IMG/VR virus record: IMGVR_UViG_3300020193_000003
Source: a virus
Length of the DNA stretch: 64,000 bases
Reading direction: 5' to 3' (one strand)
The notes below the pieces were generated by a model. The model did no database searches, was not told where the DNA came from, and saw only the letters and a program-made list of their open reading frames with translations. The translations under genes and the position numbers were made by a program. Shown here in pieces: positions 18,345 to 27,513 of this stretch (its first letter is position 1; every line of letters starts with the position of its first letter).

Positions 18345-18884
18345 GTGGCCCGAATCGGAATCGTTTCCCCGGGGAAGCTGGGGAGATCGCTAGCCCACTC
18401 GATGATTGTTTCGGGTCACGATGTCGCCTGGTGCTCGCAGGACAGATCCGAGGAAACGATTTCGCAGGCGAGGAGAATGAACTTGAGGGAGTTTTCCGCC
18501 CTGGGCGATCTGGCGACTTTCTCCGAATTCATTTTTTGCGTCGGTAGCGGCTCGTGCGGTCCGCTCACGGCGGAAAAGCTGATTCTTTTCGGTTACGCAG
18601 GAACGCTCGTGGATCTCAACAGTCTCTGGGGCGAAAAGTCCGAGGAGGACTTCAGGTACCTAGTTTCCCGCGGCCATTTTTCTTACGTGGAGGGGGCGAT
18701 ACGGGGTTATCCTTACGACGTTTTCTCGGGGGTGCCTGCCGGCGAGAGGATTGTTTTGCTGAGCGGCACGGCCAGCGTTCGGGTCGGCGAACTATTCGCT
18801 GGCGGAACCTGGCTCCCTTTGATATGCGTAGAGCCAGCGAAGTCCGTCAACAGAAAATTGTCCGATCGTCAAACGACCGTGTAG
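18345..18884 (+). CDS. NAD(P)-binding Rossmann protein (6-phosphogluconate/3-hydroxyisobutyrate dehydrogenase N-terminal-like)
   Basis: RIGIVSPGKLGRSLA, VDLNS, YVEGAIRG; lacks the usual C-terminal domain. Confidence 0.65.
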   Translation: MARIGIVSPGKLGRSLAHSMIVSGHDVAWCSQDRSEETISQARRMNLREFSALGDLATFSEFIFCVGSGSCGPLTAEKLILFGYAGTLVDLNSLWGEKSEEDFRYLVSRGHFSYVEGAIRGYPYDVFSGVPAGERIVLLSGTASVRVGELFAGGTWLPLICVEPAKSVNRKLSDRQTTV

Positions 18885-19498
18885 AACGACGGAGTGGTGT
18901 ACCTCTCGCCAGCAGTGATCATCTTCACCCCGTGGAGATAGTGAACGTCGCCGGGGTGCATCACGGCCAGCCCGGGTTTTGGCTTTACGGTGATTCCGTG
19001 GAACGGGTACCACAGCTCCCCGCCCTCAAAATCGTCGTTGTAGTAAAACAGTGAGTTGAGGTCGTAATCGACAAACGCATTGGGATCGCCGTTGTTCAGC
19101 TGCTTGTCGGCGTGGGGCTGTTGCTCGGTTCCGGGACGCCACTTCATTATCACCGGCGGTCTCTTGCTCACTTTGACCTTGTAAAAGTCCTCTATGCATT
19201 TCTGCATTTTGTCAATGTATTTGTCGACCAGCGACCAAACGACCGGGTTTATCCTCTGAAGTATGTCGGTGCTGCACTGGCGGTCTTTCCAGTAGTCGGC
19301 GTCGTACAGACATGTGCCGTCCTCGGCGTACACGCTCTCGGCTTCGTTGTTCCACTCCGTGATGGTCGGGCAAAAATCCTGAATGACCTTCAGATCTTCC
19401 AGGTCGATGAAATTATCCATCACGACTATGTTTTCGCTGCTCGTCCCAAAATGACCCGGCGGAATGTTCCACTGTGACATGAATTCTTCTCTGTCCAT
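18869..19498 (-). CDS. Fe(II)/2OG oxygenase (P4H-like)
   Basis: PHAD...YYNDDFEGGEL...LHGVKMITAGERY. Confidence 0.88.
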   Translation of the reverse strand: MDREEFMSQWNIPPGHFGTSSENIVVMDNFIDLEDLKVIQDFCPTITEWNNEAESVYAEDGTCLYDADYWKDRQCSTDILQRINPVVWSLVDKYIDKMQKCIEDFYKVKVSKRPPVIMKWRPGTEQQPHADKQLNNGDPNAFVDYDLNSLFYYNDDFEGGELWYPFHGITVKPKPGLAVMHPGDVHYLHGVKMITAGERYTTPSFYTVV

Positions 19499-19501
19499 TG
19501 C

Positions 19502-20236
19502 CTAGATCCTAGACCATGAGGGATCCAGCCGAGCCCCTTCGTGGTTGTTCTCCACGAACTCGTACAGCATGCGATCGAGGGTGTTTGTCGCAAGTATCTG
19601 CTCCCGGTGCGCGGCGCAGAACTCCAGGATGCACGCCCTTTTCTCGCCGTCCCTTACGGTCACCTCCGATTCGTCGTTCCTCGCCCCGGTCGCGACCGAC
19701 AAATCAGCAATCAAGGATTTTCTCGCCGACATCGGGTAGACCGTCACCGTGGCCGAACGCTCCCAGGCGATCGAATCAACCCTCAACCGTGCGCTCGTCC
19801 ATCGTTTCCATCTCGGCGACCACAGGGCAAGGTTCCCACCGAGGGGTGCGAGCGACAAGTTCCCGAGCAGGAAAGAAATTTGACGGTTCGCAAAAAACGG
19901 GTAATTACCACCCTTTTCGCAGGACAGCATCGCCCTCGCTAGGGATATTGCGACGTCGTCGTGGTCGTCGTCGCTGATGCAGTGCGACACGGTTGACGCA
20001 AAATGATCAACGGGATCCCTCACGAGGGCGTAGCAGTTTATGCCTGCGCCGTCGAGCGCCGGGAGAATCCCCAGGTGTCCCGTCAGAATCTCCTCGGGCC
20101 CGAGGGCGGCCACCGTCCGCCCACCGGAATAGGAGGCCAGATCGTAGCCCTTTATGCCCGCCCCTCGCGCATGCATCGTTGCGATGACGGACCTGCCCGA
20201 GGTCCTCGGAATATGGCAGAAATATGTTTTATTCAT
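19502..20236 (-). CDS. Sulfotransferase-family-like protein
   Basis: YFCHIPRTSGRSV, GHLG, LVRDPVDH, N.Q, N.LD.MLY. Confidence 0.65.
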   Translation of the reverse strand: MNKTYFCHIPRTSGRSVIATMHARGAGIKGYDLASYSGGRTVAALGPEEILTGHLGILPALDGAGINCYALVRDPVDHFASTVSHCISDDDHDDVAISLARAMLSCEKGGNYPFFANRQISFLLGNLSLAPLGGNLALWSPRWKRWTSARLRVDSIAWERSATVTVYPMSARKSLIADLSVATGARNDESEVTVRDGEKRACILEFCAAHREQILATNTLDRMLYEFVENNHEGARLDPSWSRI

Positions 20237-20867
20237 TGTTTGGCGAATCTTGTTGTTTCCCCGATATGAAAGTTGTAGCTATCCATTTATCATTTGATAT
20301 TGGCATTTTTGCCATATGTGGATGAGTCCACGAAGCCGGAAACATAACAATGGAACCACTTTTTGGCGAATAGCTAAGATCGTGTTTGGTGAAAACTATT
20401 TCCCCTCCAACCTCAACAGTATTCAAATAAACTACAACAGCAATTATTCTCGTGTTTATTGGCTTTGGCGCCCATGGGGCTGAATCCAAATGTTCATTGT
20501 AGTAACCCGCATTTTTTCTATAAACGCCGACGAGAAAACCACTGTTGTACAGATTCGGGCATTCGTTTATCTCGTCAAATTGAGATATGTATTCAGTCAA
20601 ACATGAGTTGACTGATTGTTCAACTTCTTCTTTTATCTTCATGTATTGACCTGGTTTGCATCCAAAAGATTCAATTTTTTCTTTTGTCAAAAGGAAGTCA
20701 AGTGTGTTTTTTGCTGGGTTTGTTTGTCCGCCGAACGTCTTTCCAGTAGAAAGAATTTTGCCAGCATCTCTCAGTGCCAAAAACATCAGCAAGTCGCATG
20801 AATCGACGCTCACGGCGCCATCGAACACCATGATATGTTCTGATTTTTTACCGAGAAAGTACCCCAC
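20229..20867 (-). CDS. Fe(II)/2OG oxygenase (P4H-like), AT-rich gene
   Basis: EHLD...YLNTVEVGGE...FPASWTHPH...PISNDKW. Confidence 0.85.
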   Translation of the reverse strand: MGYFLGKKSEHIMVFDGAVSVDSCDLLMFLALRDAGKILSTGKTFGGQTNPAKNTLDFLLTKEKIESFGCKPGQYMKIKEEVEQSVNSCLTEYISQFDEINECPNLYNSGFLVGVYRKNAGYYNEHLDSAPWAPKPINTRIIAVVVYLNTVEVGGEIVFTKHDLSYSPKSGSIVMFPASWTHPHMAKMPISNDKWIATTFISGKQQDSPNNE

Positions 20868-20899
20868 TCGGCAATGCTACATCCGTTGCCAAATCTCCG

Positions 20900-21421
20900 T
20901 TAGCACGGCCCGTGTTGAGATTTGAAACATGGCGGGAAGTACGGCGGGAAGAAGGGTGGGAAGAACGGCGGGAAGAAGGGTGGGAAGAAGGGAGGGAAGA
21001 AGGGAGGGAAGAACGGCGGGAAGTACGGCGGGAAGAAGGGTGGGAAGAACGGCGGGAAGAAGGGCGGGAAGAACGGCGGGAAATACGGCGGAGTGACCGA
21101 CACCGAAGCCGCCGAACTGTCGGAGGCAACCCCGTAGTTCGTGGTGGCCACCACCGTAAACGTGTAGGCGGTGTTCGAGGTAAGACCGCTGACCGTGATC
21201 GGAGAAGAGGATCCCGTCCCGGTTTTGCCTTCAGGACTGCTCGTCGCCGTGTAGGTCACGGTCCCCTTGCCCGTGTAGCTGGATGCAGTGAAGGCAACGG
21301 ACACCTGCTGCGAGGTGTTGGGGGAGGTGTTGTTTGCGACTGCGTTAGCGGTCGGAGTGCCTATCGTCGGGGCGGTCGGCTTTTTGCCACCGGTATCTTT
21401 CGGATTGGTTCTGCCGGCCAT
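20900..21421 (-). CDS. FnIII-like domain plus (PPFF/PPYF)n proline-aromatic repeat protein
   Basis: PTAPTIGT...VSVAFT...YTATSSP...SPITVSGL...YTFTV.A.. FnIII pattern; 14 PPxF repeats; ends in CFKSQHGPC. Confidence 0.82.
   Translation of the reverse strand: MAGRTNPKDTGGKKPTAPTIGTPTANAVANNTSPNTSQQVSVAFTASSYTGKGTVTYTATSSPEGKTGTGSSSPITVSGLTSNTAYTFTVVATTNYGVASDSSAASVSVTPPYFPPFFPPFFPPFFPPFFPPYFPPFFPPFFPPFFPPFFPPFFPPFFPPYFPPCFKSQHGPC
20924..21091 (-). repeat. 12-bp tandem repeat x14 encoding PPYF/PPFF/PPCF
   Basis: Read directly from the sequence. Confidence 0.95.
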
Positions 21422-21424
21422 AAA

Positions 21425-24400
21425 TTACGCTGATACGTCTCCCACGAGAACCCAAGTATTTTCCGCTCGTTTGATGAGCGTAGCATAAGACCACTGTGTT
21501 CGCAGTTTCAAGCCGGGAGTTGCATTTATCGTTACGCCCGACGTGGCGACGACCGTCGTCTGACCGGCACCAGTTTGGAGAATGTTGATTTGCGAACCAA
21601 CGGCAAATGCAACCGAACTGTTTAATGGAACTGTCAAGTTATTCGCAGAAGCCTTGTTCATCTCTACGATTTTGTTTTTATCAGCCAGCACGAGTGTGTA
21701 ACTGTCTGTCTGCGCATTGGTTGACACGTCCGCCAATTTGCCCAACTCAATCGCAGCCGAAGAATTTATGTCTGCGTTAACAATCGTGCCATCTGCAATC
21801 ATTGCAGAAGTTACCGTCCCAGTATCGGTCGTTTGCACGACTGTTGCGCCGACGGCGATGGTGGCTGTCGAGCCCTCGCCTGCGGTGTGGGTTACGGAAA
21901 TGCCCGTTCCTGCCGAAACATCTGCCATGTAGTTTCCAACCGTGTCGGTTGCGAGGTTGATCGGGTCGTTGACCCACGCCGAACCGTTCCACTTGAGGAA
22001 ATCGCCAGAAGCCGCCGACGTGATGGTGACATCGCCAATATCGTTCAGCGTCGCTGGCGTCAGCGATGCGGCGTACGTCTCGGTTGCTATGTTGTCGTAG
22101 GTTGTTCCGTCCGTGGTTATTTCCCACTTGTCGCTGGTCTCGTTCCAGCGAAGAAGAACATTTGTGGAGGAACCGCGCTCGATTTCGATTCCCGCGTTCT
22201 CCGATGGGGCGCCAGAGGCGTTGCTGTTGAAAACGATGATGTTGTCCGCCAACTCAATCGTCTCTGTATTGACGGTGGTCGTGGTCCCCGAGACGGTCAG
22301 GTTGCCCGTGACCGTCAGGTTGTCGTCGACGGTGACGGTTCCGCCAGCCGAGTCAATCGTGAGGTCGCCTGAAGATGTGTCAATCTCGCCAGCGGCGGTG
22401 AGACCGACCTGGACGGCATCGAGCGTCGCGCCAGCGAACGTCGGGTTGGCATTCGTGGCGACGGATTGACCGATTGCGATGGTTGGCGTTGCCGTTTCTC
22501 CAGAGTTGTCAGTGAGCGTTACGCCCGTACCAGCAACGAGGCTCGCTACGTAGTCACCAGTCGTATCGGTGCCCAGCGCCACCGAGTTGGGCTGAATGGT
22601 CGCGGCAATTGATGCATTTGCACTCCCATTGAACGAAGCCGAGCCAGTTACGTCGCCCGTCAACTCAATTGTTCGCGAGGTGGCGAGCGTTGTTGCCGTG
22701 TCTGCATTACCCGTGACGTTACCCGTCACGTTCCCCGTGACGTTGCCCGCCAAGTTGCCAGTGACGTTGCCCGTCACGTTGCCAGTCAACGGCGCGGTGA
22801 CGCCCGCGAAAGTGACGCTAGAAGCGGTGCCAACTGCTTGGCCAATTGCGATTGTTGGTATTGCGCTTTCGCCAGAATTATCGGTTAGCGTTACTCCAGT
22901 TCCCGCGACCAATGAAGAAACATAGTCACCAGTTGTATCAGTTCCGAGAGTGACGCTGTTTGGTTGAATCGTTGCAGTGATTGACGCATTGGCGGAGCCA
23001 TCGAACGAGGCAGAACCAGCCACGTCGCCAGTCAAAGAAATAGTTCGTGAATTGGCAAGGGCTGTTGCAGTGTCTGCATTACCCGTTACGTTGCCAGTGA
23101 CGTTGCCTGTGACATTGCCCGTAACATTGCCAGCGACGTTGCCCGTGACGTTTCCGGTAAGCGGTGCGGTTACGCTCGCAAAGGTCACACTGGAATCAGT
23201 GCCAACCGCCTGACCGATAGCAATCGTCGGGCTAGAACCTTCGCCAGGTGTGTGAGTGACGGTTACACCAGTTCCGCCAGTTACGTCAGAGACGTAATTC
23301 CCCGTCGTGTCCGTACCGAGGGCAACGCTATTTGCCGCGATTGTTGCGGTAATTGACGCGTTTGCCGAACCGTCAAAAGAAGCCGAACCAGTGACGTCAC
23401 CAGTCAATGAAATCGTGCGTGAGGTGGCGAGGGCCGTCGCGGTGTCTGCGTTACCGGTGACGTTGCCAGTCAACGGTGCGGTGACTCCGGCGAACGTGAC
23501 GCTGGAGCCGGTGCCGACCGCCTGGCCTATCGATATGGTGTTGCCCGTCTTGATTATTCCCGTGCCGGCGTTTATGTTTGCGGTGCCGGTGAACTGGGAC
23601 CAGGAAATGTTGTCTGTTCCGATGACGTGCTTGGCGTCGCTGCCGGATCCCGTGGAGCTTATGATCAAGCCCTGATTTATGTTCGTTGAGCCGTTGCCGA
23701 CGTACACGGCATCGCCGCGAACGACGTTGTCCAGGCTCCCGTCCTGATCCGATGCCCTCGTCAGGACCCAGGCCGTCGAGGGGGAGCTGCCCTGGGCGGT
23801 GACTTGGTAAATTCCGTTGTGGGCGGCATTCGCCTGATCCTTGACGAGAATCCTGTCTCCCGTCGTGGCGTTTACTCCGTCAACCGAGAGTCGCGCTCCG
23901 GACGCTGCGGTCAGCGTGGCCCCGACTCCGCTCGAGCCGTTGTCGTAGGTCGGGGAATTCGGGAGCACGGCGACCGTGGCCAGCTCGACCGAGTCATGCC
24001 AGTTGATTCCGGCCGCGATTGCATCTGCGTAGGCTTTTGTTACGGCGTGTGTTGTTTCGGTTGGTTGTCCGGTGAGAGTCAACGATGCAAAAGTCGGAGA
24101 TGCGGCAGTGCCGACGGCCTGACCGATCGCAATGGTGGGTGTTGCGGCCTCCCCGGAGTTGTTGCTCAGGGTCACGCCAGTGCCAGCGACGAGCGACTCG
24201 ACATACGAGCCGACCGTATCCACGGAGAGATTGACGGCGTCGTTCACCCACGCGGTGCCGTTCCAGCGCAAGAAGTCGCCGTCGGCGGCCGATGTGATCG
24301 TTACGTCGGCAAGGTCGTTCAGGTTGGAGCCGGTGAGGTTGCCGTTGAAGTAGGGCAACGAGTTGAATGCGGTTGAGCCGTTGCCAATCTTGAATTTGTT

Positions 24401-24502
24401 CGTGTCGGTCTCAAGACCGATTTCCCCGGCATAGAGAACTGGGTTTGCGGAAGCCCATGCTGCGGCCGTGGACCTTTTTAGTTGAACGCGTGCTCCAGCC
24501 AT
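21425..24502 (-). CDS. Long tail fibre protein (Mtd/hyaluronidase-type N-terminal domain)
   Basis: RVQLKRSTAAAWASANPVL.AGEIGLETDT.KFKIGNG N-terminus; G/T/A-rich internal repeats. Confidence 0.85.
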   Translation of the reverse strand: MAGARVQLKRSTAAAWASANPVLYAGEIGLETDTNKFKIGNGSTAFNSLPYFNGNLTGSNLNDLADVTITSAADGDFLRWNGTAWVNDAVNLSVDTVGSYVESLVAGTGVTLSNNSGEAATPTIAIGQAVGTAASPTFASLTLTGQPTETTHAVTKAYADAIAAGINWHDSVELATVAVLPNSPTYDNGSSGVGATLTAASGARLSVDGVNATTGDRILVKDQANAAHNGIYQVTAQGSSPSTAWVLTRASDQDGSLDNVVRGDAVYVGNGSTNINQGLIISSTGSGSDAKHVIGTDNISWSQFTGTANINAGTGIIKTGNTISIGQAVGTGSSVTFAGVTAPLTGNVTGNADTATALATSRTISLTGDVTGSASFDGSANASITATIAANSVALGTDTTGNYVSDVTGGTGVTVTHTPGEGSSPTIAIGQAVGTDSSVTFASVTAPLTGNVTGNVAGNVTGNVTGNVTGNVTGNADTATALANSRTISLTGDVAGSASFDGSANASITATIQPNSVTLGTDTTGDYVSSLVAGTGVTLTDNSGESAIPTIAIGQAVGTASSVTFAGVTAPLTGNVTGNVTGNLAGNVTGNVTGNVTGNADTATTLATSRTIELTGDVTGSASFNGSANASIAATIQPNSVALGTDTTGDYVASLVAGTGVTLTDNSGETATPTIAIGQSVATNANPTFAGATLDAVQVGLTAAGEIDTSSGDLTIDSAGGTVTVDDNLTVTGNLTVSGTTTTVNTETIELADNIIVFNSNASGAPSENAGIEIERGSSTNVLLRWNETSDKWEITTDGTTYDNIATETYAASLTPATLNDIGDVTITSAASGDFLKWNGSAWVNDPINLATDTVGNYMADVSAGTGISVTHTAGEGSTATIAVGATVVQTTDTGTVTSAMIADGTIVNADINSSAAIELGKLADVSTNAQTDSYTLVLADKNKIVEMNKASANNLTVPLNSSVAFAVGSQINILQTGAGQTTVVATSGVTINATPGLKLRTQWSYATLIKRAENTWVLVGDVSA
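22460..23530 (-). repeat. Three imperfect internal modules (GNVT)n-ADTATxLAxSRTIxLTGDVxGSASFxGSANASI-...-YVxxLVAGTGV within the fibre
   Basis: Visible in the translation; coordinates approximate. Confidence 0.85.
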
Positions 24503-24957
24503 TAGAGTTCAGTTCCTCCGTCGAATAGGGCGATGGGCCAGTTTGTAACTTCCGCTTCGAGAATGTCCAGCAATTCGTTGCCGCCGTCCACGTCCGAGGA
24601 TGCGAGTCCGCCGCCACTGACCTGTTTCCAGGCGCCGTTGGTCCTGAAGTAGAACTTCTCGTTCGTGTTGTCGACGACCAATGCGCCGTCGGGGAGTGCG
24701 TCGACCGGTGTTCCGCTGACCGTCTTGGTCACCAAACCCAAGAACGCCCTGAATATGTCGTCGGTGGCGAGGGTGTTCGCCGAGTCGCGATACAGGTTCA
24801 CGTCCCCGGTGACCGAGCCGGTTCCCCAGGTGAGTCTGCCGCCGGCCTCAATTTTTAGTCGGGAAAAAGAATCTTCGTCAACAAGAATGGTTATCGCATC
24901 CGACCCAGCAGACGACAACTCTTTGATTGTGATTGGAACTGTAAATTTTTGTGCCAC
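24502..24957 (-). CDS. Fibre-associated protein
   Basis: MAQKF start shared with the neighbouring gene; LYRDSANTLATDD; operon context. Confidence 0.65.
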   Translation of the reverse strand: MAQKFTVPITIKELSSAGSDAITILVDEDSFSRLKIEAGGRLTWGTGSVTGDVNLYRDSANTLATDDIFRAFLGLVTKTVSGTPVDALPDGALVVDNTNEKFYFRTNGAWKQVSGGGLASSDVDGGNELLDILEAEVTNWPIALFDGGTEL

Positions 24958-25009
24958 GACCTCAATCGCTTTCGGTTTCTTCTGATTGACCCCTCGAGGT
25001 CAATGTTTG

Positions 25010-26302
25010 TTAACCAGTTACAACCACCGTGTACGCGTCCGCGGCGGGTGCGGTGGCGAAGGTTACAGTCGCCGTGTTGACGCTGGTTCTTGCCACGTCC
25101 GCAAAGACGGTATCGTATGGAGAATTTGTCTCAACAACCTGAATCGTCAGATTCCTCGTGTTCAGGTTGTGTGTTATGGTAAACGAAGCAGATGAGTTGT
25201 TGCCAATCGTTTGGGTGACGACGCGAGCCAACGAAGGAACGGACGTTGACCTCGTGCCAGCATCCCCGCCAGCGGCGAGGTTTGTTCTCGCGTCGGCTTC
25301 CGACGATGCGTTGGTACCACCATGCGCGATGCCGACATCCGTAGCGGACCACGTGCCGGTGGTGATCGTCCCCAGGGTCGTGATGCTTGATTGACCGACG
25401 TAGGTGGCGGCGATGTCGACCGCGTCTGCGGTGACGGTAATTCTGTTCGCGGTCCCAACGACGTTGATGGTGTTGCCATCCTTGACCAAACCATCACCGG
25501 CAGTAAACGAACCAGTACCTGAGAATTGCGTCCATTCGATTGAATCCGTGCCGACAGTAAGAGGTCCATTGGATGAAATGGCAAATCCGTGGTCTGCGTT
25601 CGTGGTACCTTCTTCAACGAACGTGAACGTGCCGCCCGAAAGTTCGCCAGTGTCCGCGGTTCCGTTGGCGTCTGACGAACGGGAAGCGGCGCCAGCCGCA
25701 ACGGCGACGTAGATGCCGTTTTCGGATGCGGTGCTTTGGTTCTTGACGAGGACTCTGTCTCCGGCGGCGAGGGTCACCCCGTCGATTACGTCGCCAGCCT
25801 CAAGGTCTGTTGCGAGATTGATTGCCGCCGTCGTCGCTGCGCGCACCGACTTCTTGACATCGAGACCCTGGCGGGCAGCGTCAACGTAGGACTTGTTGGC
25901 GGCGTGGGTGTCCTGTGTCGGGGTGCCGACATGAATCCTTCCGCTACCATCACGCTTGGCGAGTGTGCCGCCAGTTATGTCCGCTGTTGCGGCGGTTAGG
26001 TCGTTGAAATGCGCGGCGGTTAGCAAGCCCGCGCTGTCCGCATCGGCAAGATTGAGCGTGATGGTAATCGTGCCGTTTTCTTCGTTGAGTGTTATCGCAT
26101 CTGTGTGCGCGCCACCCTTGACGACATTGTGGAGCATCTTTCTCCACGCGGAACCCGAATAGACCTTGATGGTGTCTTCGGTTGAGTTGTAGATGAGGCG
26201 ACCCTCAAAGCCGTCACCAGGGTCAGACCCAACGACCTCAAACGTGGCATTGATCAGTTGGTTCTGATTAAGGTTTAGATTCGTCAAGAATTTCTGGGCC
26301 AT
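25010..26302 (-). CDS. Tail fibre/structural protein
   Basis: ANKSYVD, IDGVTL.AGDRVLVKNQ...ENGIY, ITHNLNT motifs; domain shared with 21425-24502. Confidence 0.8.
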   Translation of the reverse strand: MAQKFLTNLNLNQNQLINATFEVVGSDPGDGFEGRLIYNSTEDTIKVYSGSAWRKMLHNVVKGGAHTDAITLNEENGTITITLNLADADSAGLLTAAHFNDLTAATADITGGTLAKRDGSGRIHVGTPTQDTHAANKSYVDAARQGLDVKKSVRAATTAAINLATDLEAGDVIDGVTLAAGDRVLVKNQSTASENGIYVAVAAGAASRSSDANGTADTGELSGGTFTFVEEGTTNADHGFAISSNGPLTVGTDSIEWTQFSGTGSFTAGDGLVKDGNTINVVGTANRITVTADAVDIAATYVGQSSITTLGTITTGTWSATDVGIAHGGTNASSEADARTNLAAGGDAGTRSTSVPSLARVVTQTIGNNSSASFTITHNLNTRNLTIQVVETNSPYDTVFADVARTSVNTATVTFATAPAADAYTVVVTG

Positions 26303-26310
26303 TGTTTACC

Positions 26311-26586
26311 TCACGTCAAGTAGGCGTAACCAGAGAAGGGGGCCGTGAATGTCACGACCACCTGCAGGTCACTGCTATATTGTACTTCACCCACGACGAC
26401 AGTATTTGCAGAGTCGACGATGGTTACGGAGGGTTTTCCCCCGAGGGTGTGGTTGATCGTCCAGGTGTCTGAGACCGCTGCCTGGGCGTGGACGTGCCTC
26501 CTTGTGTTTGCGGCGGCCTGCCCAGTCCGGATGACCACCAGATTCGGCTGATCCTCGCTTACGATTACGTTGTTCTGGAAGCTCAC
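26311..26586 (-). CDS. Small structural protein (WxINHxLG motif)
   Basis: HAQ...TWTINHTLG..PSVTIVD...F.GYAYL. Confidence 0.7.
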   Translation of the reverse strand: MSFQNNVIVSEDQPNLVVIRTGQAAANTRRHVHAQAAVSDTWTINHTLGGKPSVTIVDSANTVVVGEVQYSSDLQVVVTFTAPFSGYAYLT

Positions 26587-26969
26587 CTCGTCACCTCCGG
26601 TATGACCGTGAAATCGCCCTGGAGCACCCGCGATACCTCGCCACTAGAGTTTTCTATCTCTAGGTCGTACACGCCGCTCGTGTTCAAAGCGGCCGTGGCC
26701 TCGTCGGATATGTATATCCGTATGGCATTGGAGTCCCCCGCCGGCCTCATTTCAACCTGGCTACCGTTCACCACGGTACCCGACAGGTTGAGCATCGTTG
26801 TCGAGCTCTCCATCGTCCTGCGGACCTGCATCCTGCCCGTGTAGCCCGTGAGGTCGAAGGGCAGGAAGGTCTCGCCGGTCGGGTCGCCCGGGTCGGGGTA
26901 CTCGATCGCGAGCATCCTGACGAAGGTCGCCCCTTGCTCGCAGATCATGTTGTAGACACCAGCCTTCAT
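26583..26969 (-). CDS. Baseplate/fibre Ig-like adaptor protein
   Basis: EQGATF...DLTGYT.RMQVR...YDLEI...RVLQG.F pattern. Confidence 0.7.
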   Translation of the reverse strand: MKAGVYNMICEQGATFVRMLAIEYPDPGDPTGETFLPFDLTGYTGRMQVRRTMESSTTMLNLSGTVVNGSQVEMRPAGDSNAIRIYISDEATAALNTSGVYDLEIENSSGEVSRVLQGDFTVIPEVTR

Positions 26970-27034
26970 CCGAGACCTCTCTAGAAACTCCTAGATGAGA
27001 TTGTAGATTAAGACGGCGTTTTTTGCGGCAGGAA

Positions 27035-27247
27035 TCAGACGACGCTCGGGGAATTCTTGTCTGGGCCCACCTTCTTGAGGCCGAAGCTCATGGCCAGCGA
27101 GGCCACGACGGCCACCGCGGCCACCTTCAGGTTGTCCTGGTTGGTGATGGCGTCGAAGTCCGACCCCGCCACGACCCAGGCTCCCAGCCAGGCCTGCACG
27201 AATGTCTTGACCGCTCTTTCTGCGGATTGCTTGAGGTGATTTGTCAT
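27035..27247 (-). CDS. Holin (r1t-like)
   Basis: AERAVKTFVQA motif plus hydrophobic segments. Confidence 0.8.
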   Translation of the reverse strand: MTNHLKQSAERAVKTFVQAWLGAWVVAGSDFDAITNQDNLKVAAVAVVASLAMSFGLKKVGPDKNSPSVV

Positions 27248-27252
27248 AGGGT

Positions 27253-27513
27253 TTATACCTCCCCTTCGTCACCATTATCCCGGATTTGCCACTTCCCGCG
27301 GGTAATCATGCCCGTCGCGGCGCGCAGGAGCCCGTCCGCCAACCACGGCGTCATTCCGTCCGAGAAGGATATGGCTATGTCGGAGGATTTTCCGTCGACG
27401 ACCTCGGCGACCACGACGAAGTTGGTGACTATCGCGCTTTCGCCGACGCTGCGCGTCATCTCCTCGAACGACCTGCGCACGAAGGCGTCGAACTCCTCGT
27501 TCATCCCGGTCAA
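27253..27513 (-). CDS. Hypothetical protein
   Basis: IVTNFVVVAEV...PWLADGLL; operon packing. Confidence 0.65.
   Translation of the reverse strand: MTGMNEEFDAFVRRSFEEMTRSVGESAIVTNFVVVAEVVDGKSSDIAISFSDGMTPWLADGLLRAATGMITRGKWQIRDNGDEGEV

Noticed and set aside
20912-21433. Plus-strand ORFs with GGKK or REEG repeats
   Set aside because: Mirror frames of the PPFF gene, which has the FnIII domain, a paralog and operon context.
21425-24502. Diversity-generating retroelement target (Mtd-like N-terminus)
   Set aside because: No reverse transcriptase or template/variable repeat pair seen in the window; the similarity to 1-357 is protein-level paralogy.
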